Part shown: piece by piece, positions 9,375-18,617 of the stretch | Numbering within the stretch: the stretch's first letter is position 1 | How the letters are laid out: every line of letters starts with the position of its first letter | NCBI GenBank assembly: GCA_902797665.1 | Contig: CADBUA010000248.1 | Coordinates: 1 to 38,659 of the forward strand | Direction of reading: 5' to 3' | From: an uncultured Lachnospiraceae bacterium | GTDB lineage: Bacteria > Bacillota > Clostridia > Lachnospirales > Lachnospiraceae | DNA: 38,659 nucleotides | Notes under the pieces: model-generated | Databases searched by the model: none | Told to the model about the DNA's origin: nothing | What the model saw: the letters and a program-made list of their open reading frames with translations, nothing else | Translations under genes and position numbers: made by a program

Positions 9375-10136
9375 TCAGAGAATCTCCTCTCCGAGGGCGA
9401 TCAGTGGGACAAAGCGCCCACCGCCCTCCTCCATCTTCTGCGCGTACACCTCATCCCGGTTCAGCAGGAAGATTCCCGCATGGTAATCCCAGCCCTGATC
9501 CCGGAAGAACGCCTCCATGCAGAGATCCGGCCGGAGGTTATCCTCTGATCCGGCGGAGAGCTGGAGATACAGGTCTCCCCGCCGCTCCGCGGCGGGCGCA
9601 TCGTCCGCGATGCCCTGGATGATACGGGGAGCGGGATCGATTTCAGCCTTATAGATGAGCGGGCGGATATTGATCTCCCGCTCGCTTTTCTTGGTCTTTT
9701 TCTTCACAAGGATCTGCTCTCCGCTCAGCCACTCCTTCAGCCTCCCTTTCCAGTCAGAAGGGGCACTGTCCAGCTCCCGGAGGGTCAGAGTATAGTCCGC
9801 TGCCGCGACCAGGGCCATGCCCTTGTTGGCCTTGCCCAGGGGGATGCTCCTTGCGTCCAGGAAATGAACCCCCTCGGGGGAGGTCTCATTCAGACGCGCT
9901 GTAAGCTCCCTCCCGCTTCCAGACAGGTTCAGGTCCACATCCACATACTCCGAGTCGGAAGTCATCCCGACCCCCAGGGGGAAGGCATAGGACATGGACA
10001 TATGGGGACTGAAGCCCTCTGTGAAGACCACGTCCACGGCAGACCTCCGGAGCTGTTTCTGGAAAGCCCGCATCATATCCAGATGTCCGATGTACTTCAT
10101 CAGACCCTGTTTCGCATACTTGATCCGTACTCTCAT
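9375..10136 (-). CDS. Radical SAM-linked protein (TIGR03936/DUF2344)
   Basis: MRVRIKYAKQGLMKYIGHLD...GFSPH...PLGVGMTSDSEYVD. Start at 10136 or 10145 is more likely than 10193. Confidence 0.85.
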   Translation of the reverse strand: MRVRIKYAKQGLMKYIGHLDMMRAFQKQLRRSAVDVVFTEGFSPHMSMSYAFPLGVGMTSDSEYVDVDLNLSGSGRELTARLNETSPEGVHFLDARSIPLGKANKGMALVAAADYTLTLRELDSAPSDWKGRLKEWLSGEQILVKKKTKKSEREINIRPLIYKAEIDPAPRIIQGIADDAPAAERRGDLYLQLSAGSEDNLRPDLCMEAFFRDQGWDYHAGIFLLNRDEVYAQKMEEGGGRFVPLIALGEEIL

Positions 10137-10137
10137 C

Positions 10138-12096
10138 TCACCCATCCAAGCTTCTTTCCTGGAAGCACACGCCTGTGCCATACTTAGCGGCACCGCATTT
10201 GCTGCACGCCTGTCTGCAGTTCTCTGTTCCCTCCGCCCGCATGGCTTTCTCCCACTCCCGCCAGAGGAAAGCCCGACTGACGCCGATCTCGATGAAGTCC
10301 CAGGGGAAGAGCTCCTCCTCCCCCCGCTTCCGCCTGGTATAAAAGGAAAGGCTGATTCCGGTCTCCTTCAGGGCGGCATCCCAGATCTCCCAGTTCCAGA
10401 ACTCGGTCCAGGCGTCAAAGAGGGCGCCCTTCCGGTAAGCGGAGAGAATGACCTCCGATACCTTGCGGTCGCCTCTGGCAAAAAGCCCCTCCAGAACGGT
10501 CACATAGGCCTCGTGATACATGTAACGGATGCTCTTCTGATTCTGCATCTCCCGAACCTCGCTCTTCACAACCGATGCAAAGTTCAGATAATCCTCCGGG
10601 TCAAACATCGATGCCCACTGGAATGGCGTGAAGGGTTTGGGCACAAAAAAGGAGGTGGAGATCGTAATCATGCACTTGCCATGGCGCGCTTCCTTCGGAA
10701 TCTCATAGTAGGCCTCCGCGATTTTCTCCGCCAGGCGGGCAATGTCCCTCTGGTCTTCCTCCTCTTCCAGGGGAAGGCCCAGCATGAAGTACAGCTTCAC
10801 CTTGTTCCAGCCGCCAGCAAAGGCATCGGAAGCCCCCCGGAGGATATCCTCCTCGCTGAGGCCCTTGTTGATCACATTCCGCATCCTCTGGGAGCCCGCC
10901 TCCGGCGCGAAGGTCAGGGAGCTCTTCTTCACATCCTGAACGCGGCTCATGACATCCAGAGAGAAGGCATCAATCCGGAGAGAGGGCAGGCTGATGTTAA
11001 TCTGACTTCCCTCACAGCGGGCGAGGAGATGCTCCATCAGGCCCGGCAGATCCGGATAATCGCTGGTAGAGAGTGAGCTCAGCGAAATCTCATCCTGCCC
11101 CGTCCCCGAGAGCATCTGCTCCGCCTGCTTTTCCAGCACTTCTCTGCTCTTCACCCGGGTTGGCCTGTAGATCATACCCGCCTGGCAGAAACGGCAGCCA
11201 CGGATGCAGCCCCGCTGCACCTCCAGGGCCACCCGGTCCTGGGTCACCCGCATGAAGGGAACCAGGGGCTTTTCCATGTAGGGGGCCTCATCGAGATTCC
11301 GGACCAGCTGTTTCTGGACGCGTGAAGGCACCCCCTCCGCGTTCGGCAGGAAGGACTCCAGGGTCCCGTCCTCATGATAGTTCGGCGTATAATACATGGG
11401 CGCGTAGATTCCGGGAATCTCAGAGGCTGCCCGGCGAAGAAACTCCCGCCTTAAGACGCCCTCCTCTTTGCAGGCCTTATAGAGGTCCAGGAGGGGTCCA
11501 TAGACCGTCTCCCCCTCGCCGATGTAAAAGAGATCAAAAAAAGCGGCGATGGGCTCCGGATTGTAGGCACAGGGACCGCCCCCGATCACGATCGGACTTC
11601 CCTCCCCCGTCTTAAGTTCCTCCCCGGAAAGATCCTGTACACATTCCCCCTCTTTCCCGGCCCCGGGCTTCATTTCCCGGACATAGAGCCTGTCTCTGGC
11701 CAGAAGCGGGATCCCGGAGAGATCCAGGATCTGGAGGATGTTGCTGTAGCAGAGCTCATACTGCAGGGTGATTCCAAGGAAATCAAAGTCCAGAATCCTG
11801 TCCTGGGATTCCAGGGCAAAGAGCGGGATCCGCTGCCTGCGGCAGATCTGATCCAGGTCCGGCCATGGCGCATAGACGCGCTCACACCAGGTGTCCTCCC
11901 GGCGGTTGAACATCTCATAAAGGATCTGAATGCCCAGGTGGGACATCCCAATCTCATAGACATCCGGGAAGCACATCGCGAAACGAATTTTCCCCTCCCG
12001 ATCTTTGCGGATCACATTCACTTCATTTCCGAGATAGCGCTCCGGTTTTTCCACCGAAAGCAGAATCTCCTCAGAAAGTGCCAGCTGAAAAGCCAT
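10138..12096 (-). CDS. B12-binding radical SAM protein (TIGR03960 family)
   Basis: VEKPERYLGNE, FPDVYEIGMSHLG, CIRGCRFC, FVPKPFTPFQW. ATG 12096 has RBS AGGGGGAG; an in-frame TTG at 12288 also has an RBS. Confidence 0.9.
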   Translation of the reverse strand: MAFQLALSEEILLSVEKPERYLGNEVNVIRKDREGKIRFAMCFPDVYEIGMSHLGIQILYEMFNRREDTWCERVYAPWPDLDQICRRQRIPLFALESQDRILDFDFLGITLQYELCYSNILQILDLSGIPLLARDRLYVREMKPGAGKEGECVQDLSGEELKTGEGSPIVIGGGPCAYNPEPIAAFFDLFYIGEGETVYGPLLDLYKACKEEGVLRREFLRRAASEIPGIYAPMYYTPNYHEDGTLESFLPNAEGVPSRVQKQLVRNLDEAPYMEKPLVPFMRVTQDRVALEVQRGCIRGCRFCQAGMIYRPTRVKSREVLEKQAEQMLSGTGQDEISLSSLSTSDYPDLPGLMEHLLARCEGSQINISLPSLRIDAFSLDVMSRVQDVKKSSLTFAPEAGSQRMRNVINKGLSEEDILRGASDAFAGGWNKVKLYFMLGLPLEEEEDQRDIARLAEKIAEAYYEIPKEARHGKCMITISTSFFVPKPFTPFQWASMFDPEDYLNFASVVKSEVREMQNQKSIRYMYHEAYVTVLEGLFARGDRKVSEVILSAYRKGALFDAWTEFWNWEIWDAALKETGISLSFYTRRKRGEEELFPWDFIEIGVSRAFLWREWEKAMRAEGTENCRQACSKCGAAKYGTGVCFQERSLDG

Positions 12097-12310
12097 CTGC
12101 TGCTCCCCCTTCGAGTGCTCAATCCTGGACAGACCCCTGACGCGCCCTGCCATCAACAGTCTTCCGGACATAAACACACAGGAGGCCAGAACCGGCCTCC
12201 CGGAAATCTTTATCGCTCTATCGTTCAGGCTGAATTTCAGGCTGAGGCAGAATGCAGGAGCCTTTATGGGCCGCCTCAAAGCCAGCAATTAAGCCTCCTC
12301 TTCATTAAAC

Positions 12311-12339
12311 AGCATATCAGATCCACCTGAATGCGTCAA
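12311..12339 (-). promoter_or_regulatory. Sigma-A-type promoter for the radical SAM / RNase G cluster
   Basis: Minus strand TTGACG-17 bp-TATGCT with TG extension. A direct repeat ACCTGAATG lies at 12325-12333 and 12349-12357. Confidence 0.65.
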
Positions 12340-12462
12340 CGAAACATAACCTGAATGACGCCTATATGGTTTTATCTGGGTATTATTTCAAAACATCCGA
12401 CCTGCTTCCCCCCAGGGTCATTCTTCTCTCCAGGCGCTGCATGCGAGCGGTATCCCCGCGAA

Positions 12463-12515
12463 CGGGACGCTTCCAGGCAGTTTTCGCAGGCGTGCATCCC
12501 CCTGGAAGCGTCCCG
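12463..12515. repeat. Perfect 15-bp inverted repeat with 23-nt loop
   Basis: CGGGACGCTTCCAGG (12463-12477) and CCTGGAAGCGTCCCG (12501-12515). Confidence 0.8.
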
Positions 12516-12628
12516 GCAGACAAGCCTATGTGTATAGAGAAAGCTCTGTGGATGCGGCAGATAAGCTCCCCTGCCGATGACAAAGGAAAGGATCAGGACC
12601 GCCAGATTTGATGCGCCCTGCTCCATAC

Positions 12629-12660
12629 AAAAAGCCCCGGCAGCCTTCTGCCGGGGCTTT
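12629..12660 (-). terminator. Intrinsic terminator downstream of the Hsp70-like gene
   Basis: AAAGCCCCGGCAG-CCTT-CTGCCGGGGCTTT; on the minus strand the GC stem is followed by TTTTT. Confidence 0.75.
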
Positions 12661-12701
12661 CAGGGGCTTTTCGCCATCTCCCGTATTTTTGCTTTTGCTC
12701 T

Positions 12702-12750
12702 GAACTTCCACGCTTTGCGCAGCAAGTGCGAAAAGCGGACTGGACAGTTC
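12702..12750 (+). repeat. Dispersed intergenic element, core module
   Basis: GAACTTCCACGCTTTGCGCAGCAAGTGCGAAAAGCGGACTGGACAGTTC. Confidence 0.8.
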
Positions 12751-12895
12751 CTTTTTCCCCTCTCTTAATTCTCTAATATTCAAATTTTCCTAATTCTTTT
12801 ATTCGTTCATTCTCTTATTTTCTTAATTCTCTACCATCATTCTTCTTAAAAAAGGAGAAAACTGAAGGAGTTTCCTGGATCCGCCCGCATCAGGC

Positions 12896-14821
12896 TCATT
12901 TTCCCAGCGGGATCTCCACAACCTCCGCCATCCCCCTGAGGCAGTGTTCAATCTGGTCTGAGATCTCCCGCACCAGGCGCGTTGTGATCTCCTCATTCTT
13001 TTCCTTCTCCAGGCTGTCATAAAAACCTGCCCGGACACTTGGGGTGATTCTGCGGATCCTCGTCTCGAACTGGGAGCGGGACACCATCCGGCGGACAAGC
13101 GGCGGAATGTTCAGATCCATCATGTGCTTCTCCATGCGCTCCTTCCCGAAAAACAGCACCAGGATTGAGAGAATCATGCCCGCCGCGATCCCCTTGAGGC
13201 CGCTGGCGATCAGCGCAATCCCAGATCCCCCGCAGAGAAGCCCCACGAGTACGGTCAGGATGGCATTGATCATCCAGGTGATCTCCTCCACCGCGAAGAT
13301 GCTTCTGGCTTCAATCCCAAAGTCCACATCCGAGAGGGAGAGATAGGAAGTCAGGTTCAGGGCCCGGTAGGGAATGTTGTGGCGCACGCAGATCGGCATG
13401 GTGTGTTCATCCAGCTCATAGGCCACCGGCTTCAGCCAGGACGAGATGGCGCCAGTCAGAAGCTTCTGGCAGAGCTCTCCCCGGAGGAAATGATCGATCT
13501 CCCCTTTCAGCTCTTCATCGATGTCCGAAAGGCGGGCGATCCCGCCTCTCTTCCAGCGGTCAAAAACGTTCATGACCGCATGGTCCATGATGGGCGAGAC
13601 CAGAGCATCAACCACCGCCTTATACAGCTCTTCGATGTGCTCCTCCACCAGCTTTTCCACGGTGTTGGAATCGATCAGGCCCGCGACCTCCCGCCGGAAA
13701 GAACGCATCTCGTCGTCAATCCGCCCGCTGTAGGCCAGCCCCTCCGCCACGGAGAACTGCGGTTCCTTCCCGGTTACAACCACCCCTTCCGGGAAGGCAT
13801 CCCGGCACCAGATCCGCAGAGCGGGCAGGTTTGAGACACCGCCGGTCAGAAAGACCAGCTCAGGGCTTTTGCCCTTGATCTTTTCCCGGACCCTGGAGAG
13901 GCTGCCGGAAAAGACCGTGTGGAAAGACTCCCCGCCAAGGCGCTCTGAAGGTCCCTCAAGCAGACGCGCGGCCATCTCCTGGTCCATCCGGAGCGTCAGA
14001 GAAAGCGGCTCCCTGTAGAGGATCTCCAGCGTTCGGAGGCAGGGATGGTCCTGCCAGTACGCCTCATCCGAAAAGTATTTCTCCTTCAGGCGTCTCGCCG
14101 CAAACTCCGCGTAGGTCTGCCAGGCCGGGCTCTCCTGAAAGATCTCTTTGATGACCTCCCGGTCCGGACTCTCTTCAATCGCAAAGGCCAGAAGCATCTC
14201 ATCCAGGATCCCGCCGCCCAGAACCACCTCTCCGGCAGTCAGAAGCTCCACCTCCGACCCACCCTCCACGTAGGCAAAGTCCGTGGTCGAGGATCCCACA
14301 TCCACCACCAGGACCGGCTTGGAGAGGATGTCATAGCCGACCTGGAGATACCTGGACTGGCAGGAACAGATGAGGGCGGCGCGGGACTCCGAGACAATGC
14401 GGACCGGCGGATAGCCGATCCTTTCAAAAATCTCCCGGTAAATCTCCCGGGCAGTCCCGTTCCAGCCCGCCGGGCAGCCGATATAAAAACAGCAGTCGGC
14501 ATTCTCTGTAAGGTCCTCCCCCTCAGGGAGGCTTTCCCGAAGTTCCTCCAGAACCTTTTCGGCAAAGATCCGGATGTCTCCGGCACTCTCTTTGTCCGTC
14601 AGAAACCTGCTTTTGAAGCGGATTTTTCTGTCTCTCGCATCCGCCCGGTAGCAGGCACTCTCCCCGATCAGGGTCTCCCCGGAGGGGAGAATGGCATAGG
14701 CGCTGATAAAGCTCTCCGCCCCGCCCGCGGGCACTATTCTGGGCTGGGTATCCTGCCCCTTTTTCAGCTTCGCGACCGCGCTCTCCGCATCCCCAAGATC
14801 AAATCCATAATAGTATTCCAT
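12896..14821 (-). CDS. Atypical Hsp70/actin-fold ATPase with C-terminal helical domain and hydrophobic hairpin
   Basis: GFDLGD, IGCPAGW, IVSESRAA, VVDVGSSTTD, LGGGILD, FLTGGVSNLP and PQFSVAEGLA follow the Hsp70 nucleotide-binding domain motifs in order. No recognisable DnaK substrate-binding domain. Confidence 0.8.
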   Translation of the reverse strand: MEYYYGFDLGDAESAVAKLKKGQDTQPRIVPAGGAESFISAYAILPSGETLIGESACYRADARDRKIRFKSRFLTDKESAGDIRIFAEKVLEELRESLPEGEDLTENADCCFYIGCPAGWNGTAREIYREIFERIGYPPVRIVSESRAALICSCQSRYLQVGYDILSKPVLVVDVGSSTTDFAYVEGGSEVELLTAGEVVLGGGILDEMLLAFAIEESPDREVIKEIFQESPAWQTYAEFAARRLKEKYFSDEAYWQDHPCLRTLEILYREPLSLTLRMDQEMAARLLEGPSERLGGESFHTVFSGSLSRVREKIKGKSPELVFLTGGVSNLPALRIWCRDAFPEGVVVTGKEPQFSVAEGLAYSGRIDDEMRSFRREVAGLIDSNTVEKLVEEHIEELYKAVVDALVSPIMDHAVMNVFDRWKRGGIARLSDIDEELKGEIDHFLRGELCQKLLTGAISSWLKPVAYELDEHTMPICVRHNIPYRALNLTSYLSLSDVDFGIEARSIFAVEEITWMINAILTVLVGLLCGGSGIALIASGLKGIAAGMILSILVLFFGKERMEKHMMDLNIPPLVRRMVSRSQFETRIRRITPSVRAGFYDSLEKEKNEEITTRLVREISDQIEHCLRGMAEVVEIPLGK

Positions 14822-14865
14822 AGCTGCTTTCCATTATCGTAAACCTGCCAATGGCAGCAGGGTCT

Positions 14866-15864
14866 CTAGATCTCCATCGCCGCGAGCCCCTTCCGGATGA
14901 CAGCGCCCCCAGAGAGGAGGGCCGGCCGGATCGTCAGGCTCTCTTTCATCGGCGATGGCAGGATCTCAAAAAATCTGGCGTTCTTCTTCTCATAGTCCAG
15001 AATCTCCACTCCTTTTCTGTGGAGATAATAGGAGATCTCGCTGATCTGGGAGTCAATCCTGCCATCTCCCGGGCTCTTCCGTCTTGCCGCATAGGCGCTC
15101 TCCAGGAGGGAGGAGAAAAGCTCCGCTTCCTCCTGACTCAAAGTCCCCTCAGACTCACAGACATCAATCTCATCCGAAAGCGCCCGGGCCTTCTCTGTCT
15201 CCAGGCAGTGATCCGCCGTCAGGAGGATTCCCTTCAGGACATGGTAGGTGTTCTCCGCGTCAATCAGATATTTCTCCTGAACCTGTCCTGTCATGTCCGG
15301 AAGATTGGCTTTTGTTCTGCCTTTTGCCTCTTCCGGAGCGGATTTTCTGTAAAAATATCCCCCGGCCGCGGTCAGAGCGGAGCCTGAAATCCCCCAGAGG
15401 ATCTTGAAAATAAGCCCTCCGGCAAAGGCCGATGAGAGGAGGATGAGAAGGACGCCCGCGCCAAAGAGGATGGCCGCCTGCCTCGGAAATTCCCGCGTCT
15501 TTGGGGCAGCGCTCTGGATCTCCCAGCGTTCACTCTCTCTGACCGCGCCGATCAGAGGCAGGGCTCCCCGGACAGTCTGGAGCAGGTACTGGGCAGATTC
15601 CCGCCCTTTTTCCCCTTGATCCAGCTCCCCAGCCCGGAGCATCAGACGGTCCGTCTCCTTCTCCAGGACCTTCAGCGCCCCCTCAGCGGACCGATCCGCT
15701 CTCAGGGCCGCGAGGACCTGTTCTTCGTCATCTTCCAGGAGAGAGACGAGGCTCTTTTCTTCCGTCCCTTCTTTCCCCACTGTGCTCTCGATTTTCTGAC
15801 TGGTCCGGGCAGTGATCTCAGCTGGTTTTGCTCCCTGGCCTGCGCCTGTTCCTGTTTTTCCCAA
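14866..15864 (-). CDS. Membrane protein (two TM helices) with GrpE-like C-terminus
   Basis: TM hairpin AAILFGAGVLLILL...LTAAGGYFY; C-terminal YLHRKGVE...TIRPALLSGGAVIRKGLA. TTG start with AGGAGAGG upstream; start position uncertain. Confidence 0.6.
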   Translation of the reverse strand: MGKTGTGAGQGAKPAEITARTSQKIESTVGKEGTEEKSLVSLLEDDEEQVLAALRADRSAEGALKVLEKETDRLMLRAGELDQGEKGRESAQYLLQTVRGALPLIGAVRESERWEIQSAAPKTREFPRQAAILFGAGVLLILLSSAFAGGLIFKILWGISGSALTAAGGYFYRKSAPEEAKGRTKANLPDMTGQVQEKYLIDAENTYHVLKGILLTADHCLETEKARALSDEIDVCESEGTLSQEEAELFSSLLESAYAARRKSPGDGRIDSQISEISYYLHRKGVEILDYEKKNARFFEILPSPMKESLTIRPALLSGGAVIRKGLAAMEI

Positions 15865-17240
15865 CGCTCTTCCTCTCCTGTCAGATCCGTCCCAAGGTCC
15901 GGCGGGTTTTCTCTGTCCCTTTCTCCGCCGCTCTCAAGGATCTTCGTGCTCTGTATCTGATTGTTTAATCTTTCATCACGATCTTCGCGTTTCGCGCGCT
16001 CCGTGTCTTTCTCACACAGCGCCTGCTCCAGAGCCTCCCGGCCTTCCCCGATCTCTTTCGTCCGGCTTCTGACCGCGTTCCCAACACTCTCCAGGGCCTC
16101 TTTCACGTTCTCCACCGCACTCTCGACGCCCACGTTCAGAAGGCTCTGAAAATACTTGCCCACAGCTGTCCGGGTCTCCGGACTTCCGCGAAGAAGTCCC
16201 GAAAGAATGGTGTTGTAGCCACGAAGCCCCGCATTTATGACATCGGACATGGCGGGGCCAAACTGATCCATGGCGTCAAAAAGGGTGCTGACGAAAGCCT
16301 CCCGCTCCTCAAAGCTGGCGGAGGTGACCCAGCGGTCCAGAATCTCCGCGATTTTTGAGGCTTCCGGGTGAATCCTCGTCTTTCTCTCAAAGTGATCCCG
16401 CTTCACCTGCCAGGTCAGGGCCCAATGCTGCATGGCCCCCTTCTCGGAGCTTCCCACCACCAGAAGCCTTCCCCTGTCGCCGGCCGGATTTTCGCGGATT
16501 TCCCGCTTTTCAAAAAGCATGCCGATGATGTCATACTCCGGGACAATCTTCCGGATCCGCCCCCGAAGCCTTCTGTAGCTTTCCTTGTCAAACATCTCCG
16601 GAGCGATTCCCGGACCATCGTTGTTGTAGATGGTGGTCAGGGCATCCTGCATCTCTGGCGGAAGGCAGAGCGCGCTGTACAGAGCCAGGTTTCCGCCCTT
16701 GCTGTGCCCGCCGACACGCCAGATCTGATCTTTCCAGTTCTCCATCTCCTGCATAACCCTTCTGAGGTACTCTGCAGCGTGCTCCTGGGCCTCTGTGACC
16801 ATGTAGCTGATCTTGAAATCCTCCCGCCAGCCGACCACCGTGTTGTCAGTCCCCCGGAAGCCGATATAGTGGCTCTCATCCGGCAGACAGAAGTGAAAAG
16901 CGGCGAACTGGGTCTGGGCGCCGTAGCGGTGGGAATCCATGATGATGTTCACATAGTCCCGCATCAGGATTTCTGAGAAGCGCTCTGAGTCCTTGACCTC
17001 CCTGAGGAACTCATTATTTCTGGCCTGATCCTGACCGGGAATTTCCCCGCGCTCCGGGTGCTCAAAGAAGCGGTCCGCGGCATCCCGAAGAGTGACAGCG
17101 CCCTCTCCGTGTCCCGGAACAATGCCGTCAAAACAGTGATAACAGATCTGGGAGAGCACCAGGTTGTCCACCTCATTGAAGGGTCTCTCCCAAAAGGAAA
17201 GATCCCCCCGCCATCTGATGTACTCGATCAAGTCCGCCAT
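15702..17240 (-). CDS. DUF2974 (Mbeg1-like) alpha/beta hydrolase, lipase-like
   Basis: YIRWRGDLSF...FNEVD, GFRGTD...GWRED, nucleophile elbow GHSKGG, NNDGPG; RBS GGAGGAGG. Confidence 0.85.
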   Translation of the reverse strand: MADLIEYIRWRGDLSFWERPFNEVDNLVLSQICYHCFDGIVPGHGEGAVTLRDAADRFFEHPERGEIPGQDQARNNEFLREVKDSERFSEILMRDYVNIIMDSHRYGAQTQFAAFHFCLPDESHYIGFRGTDNTVVGWREDFKISYMVTEAQEHAAEYLRRVMQEMENWKDQIWRVGGHSKGGNLALYSALCLPPEMQDALTTIYNNDGPGIAPEMFDKESYRRLRGRIRKIVPEYDIIGMLFEKREIRENPAGDRGRLLVVGSSEKGAMQHWALTWQVKRDHFERKTRIHPEASKIAEILDRWVTSASFEEREAFVSTLFDAMDQFGPAMSDVINAGLRGYNTILSGLLRGSPETRTAVGKYFQSLLNVGVESAVENVKEALESVGNAVRSRTKEIGEGREALEQALCEKDTERAKREDRDERLNNQIQSTKILESGGERDRENPPDLGTDLTGEEERWEKQEQAQAREQNQLRSLPGPVRKSRAQWGKKGRKKRASSLSWKMTKNRSSRP

Positions 17241-17846
17241 AAATCCTCCTCCCTCCCCTGTGGTGACTCATTATAGCCGCAGCTTTTGGGATTTGCCAAT
17301 ACTGTCGGTTCAAGATGCCCCCTCCGGGGCGTTTTCACTTCCCAGGATCCCATGCAGCCCAGGATCAGATGGCAGATTCTGCTGCGGCCAGGTCAGTCAG
17401 ATCTCTTCTGGGATCGGCTTATTATGGGCTCAGTTTCTTATGGACTCTCTCTGGCCTGGCTTTTTCTGAGGCCTGCCCCCTATGGGGCCTGGTTCTCCAT
17501 CCTGATCTCACAGAACATGAACCCCGAGGACCGTTTGGAGATCCTCCCACAACACTGAAAAGGTACTGCTCTCTTGTCATAAGCGTCTCCGGATGCTAGA
17601 ATGCCCTCTAAGGATAACGATACGGGATATGAGATTTGGTAGCTATTACAATCACAGAAGGGAAAAGGGCTTCAGAAACGAAAGCAGACGAAAAACTGCC
17701 CGCTCTGACTGCCCAGGAAGGACAGGGGCCTCCCCTTTACGCCGTCCATCCCGATATTCTGTACAAATGCCAGGCAGGGGAGATGTTCCGGATTCGGCGT
17801 TTCTGAGATGCTGAAAAGAATCTGCTGCCAAGGGAAAGGACAGGTT

Positions 17847-18203
17847 ATGACACTGAAAGATTTTTACACGGAGATCGGGGGAGATTATACGGGCGTCATG
17901 AGAAGGCTTCCAAGTGAGTCCTTTGTGAAGCGCTTTCTCAACATTTTTACGAAGGACAGCAGCTACTTTGAGCTGAAGAACAGCCTGGAGCAGAAGAATC
18001 TGGAGGAGGCTTTCCGGGCTGCCCACACGCTCAAGGGTGTCTGCTCTAATCTCAGCCTGGACGGCCTGACAGGGCCGGTCACGGAGCTGACAGAGAAGCT
18101 CCGCGTCCCGGGCGGATCCCTCGAGGGATCCGAGGTCCTTTTTGAAGAGGTCACCCGGGTGTATGAGGCCATCATCAAGGGAATTTCCGAACTTGACCCC
18201 TGA
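17847..18203 (+). CDS. Stand-alone Hpt phosphotransfer protein
   Basis: AFRAAHTLKGVCSNL Hpt motif; ATG 17847 with GAAAGGA RBS. Confidence 0.88.
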   Translation: MTLKDFYTEIGGDYTGVMRRLPSESFVKRFLNIFTKDSSYFELKNSLEQKNLEEAFRAAHTLKGVCSNLSLDGLTGPVTELTEKLRVPGGSLEGSEVLFEEVTRVYEAIIKGISELDP

Positions 18204-18474
18204 GCTCTTCTCCTTGATCACTCGGTCTTAGAAAATCCGATCAGGCAAAACTCAAAAACACCCTCCAGGCGCATCGTCACGGACCTTTAGGGTACTGTCA
18301 TCTCTGGAAGCCCGGAGAGGAAATGCTCGCCGCATGCTTCAAGGCAGGTTCATCAAAGGGATCAGAGGGCAGAGTCTGCATACCGGCCAGCTCATCGTCT
18401 GAGGGCATTGCCAGCGTTGATCACGCGCCTCCTGGCATTTCTTGGCTATTTCTATTTCTATCGCAGCAAAACAT

Positions 18475-18507
18475 AAGCGGCGGGACCAGGAAGTCCCGCC
18501 GCTTTTT
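18475..18507. terminator. Intrinsic terminator between the convergent Hpt and clostripain genes
   Basis: AAGCGGCGGGAC-CAGGAA-GTCCCGCCGCTT followed by TTT. Confidence 0.75.
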
Positions 18508-18617
18508 CATTCCTGCCTATACAGATTCTGCCCGGCGATCCTGTCTCCGGGCAGAATACGTTTCTGTGAAAAGTCCCTTCGCTTCAAAAGCAAAGCTGAA
18601 AAGGAAGCGCTGGCGCG

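Noticed and set aside
12896-14821. Calling this gene dnaK
   Set aside because: Divergent phosphate motifs, no substrate-binding domain, and no hrcA or dnaJ context.
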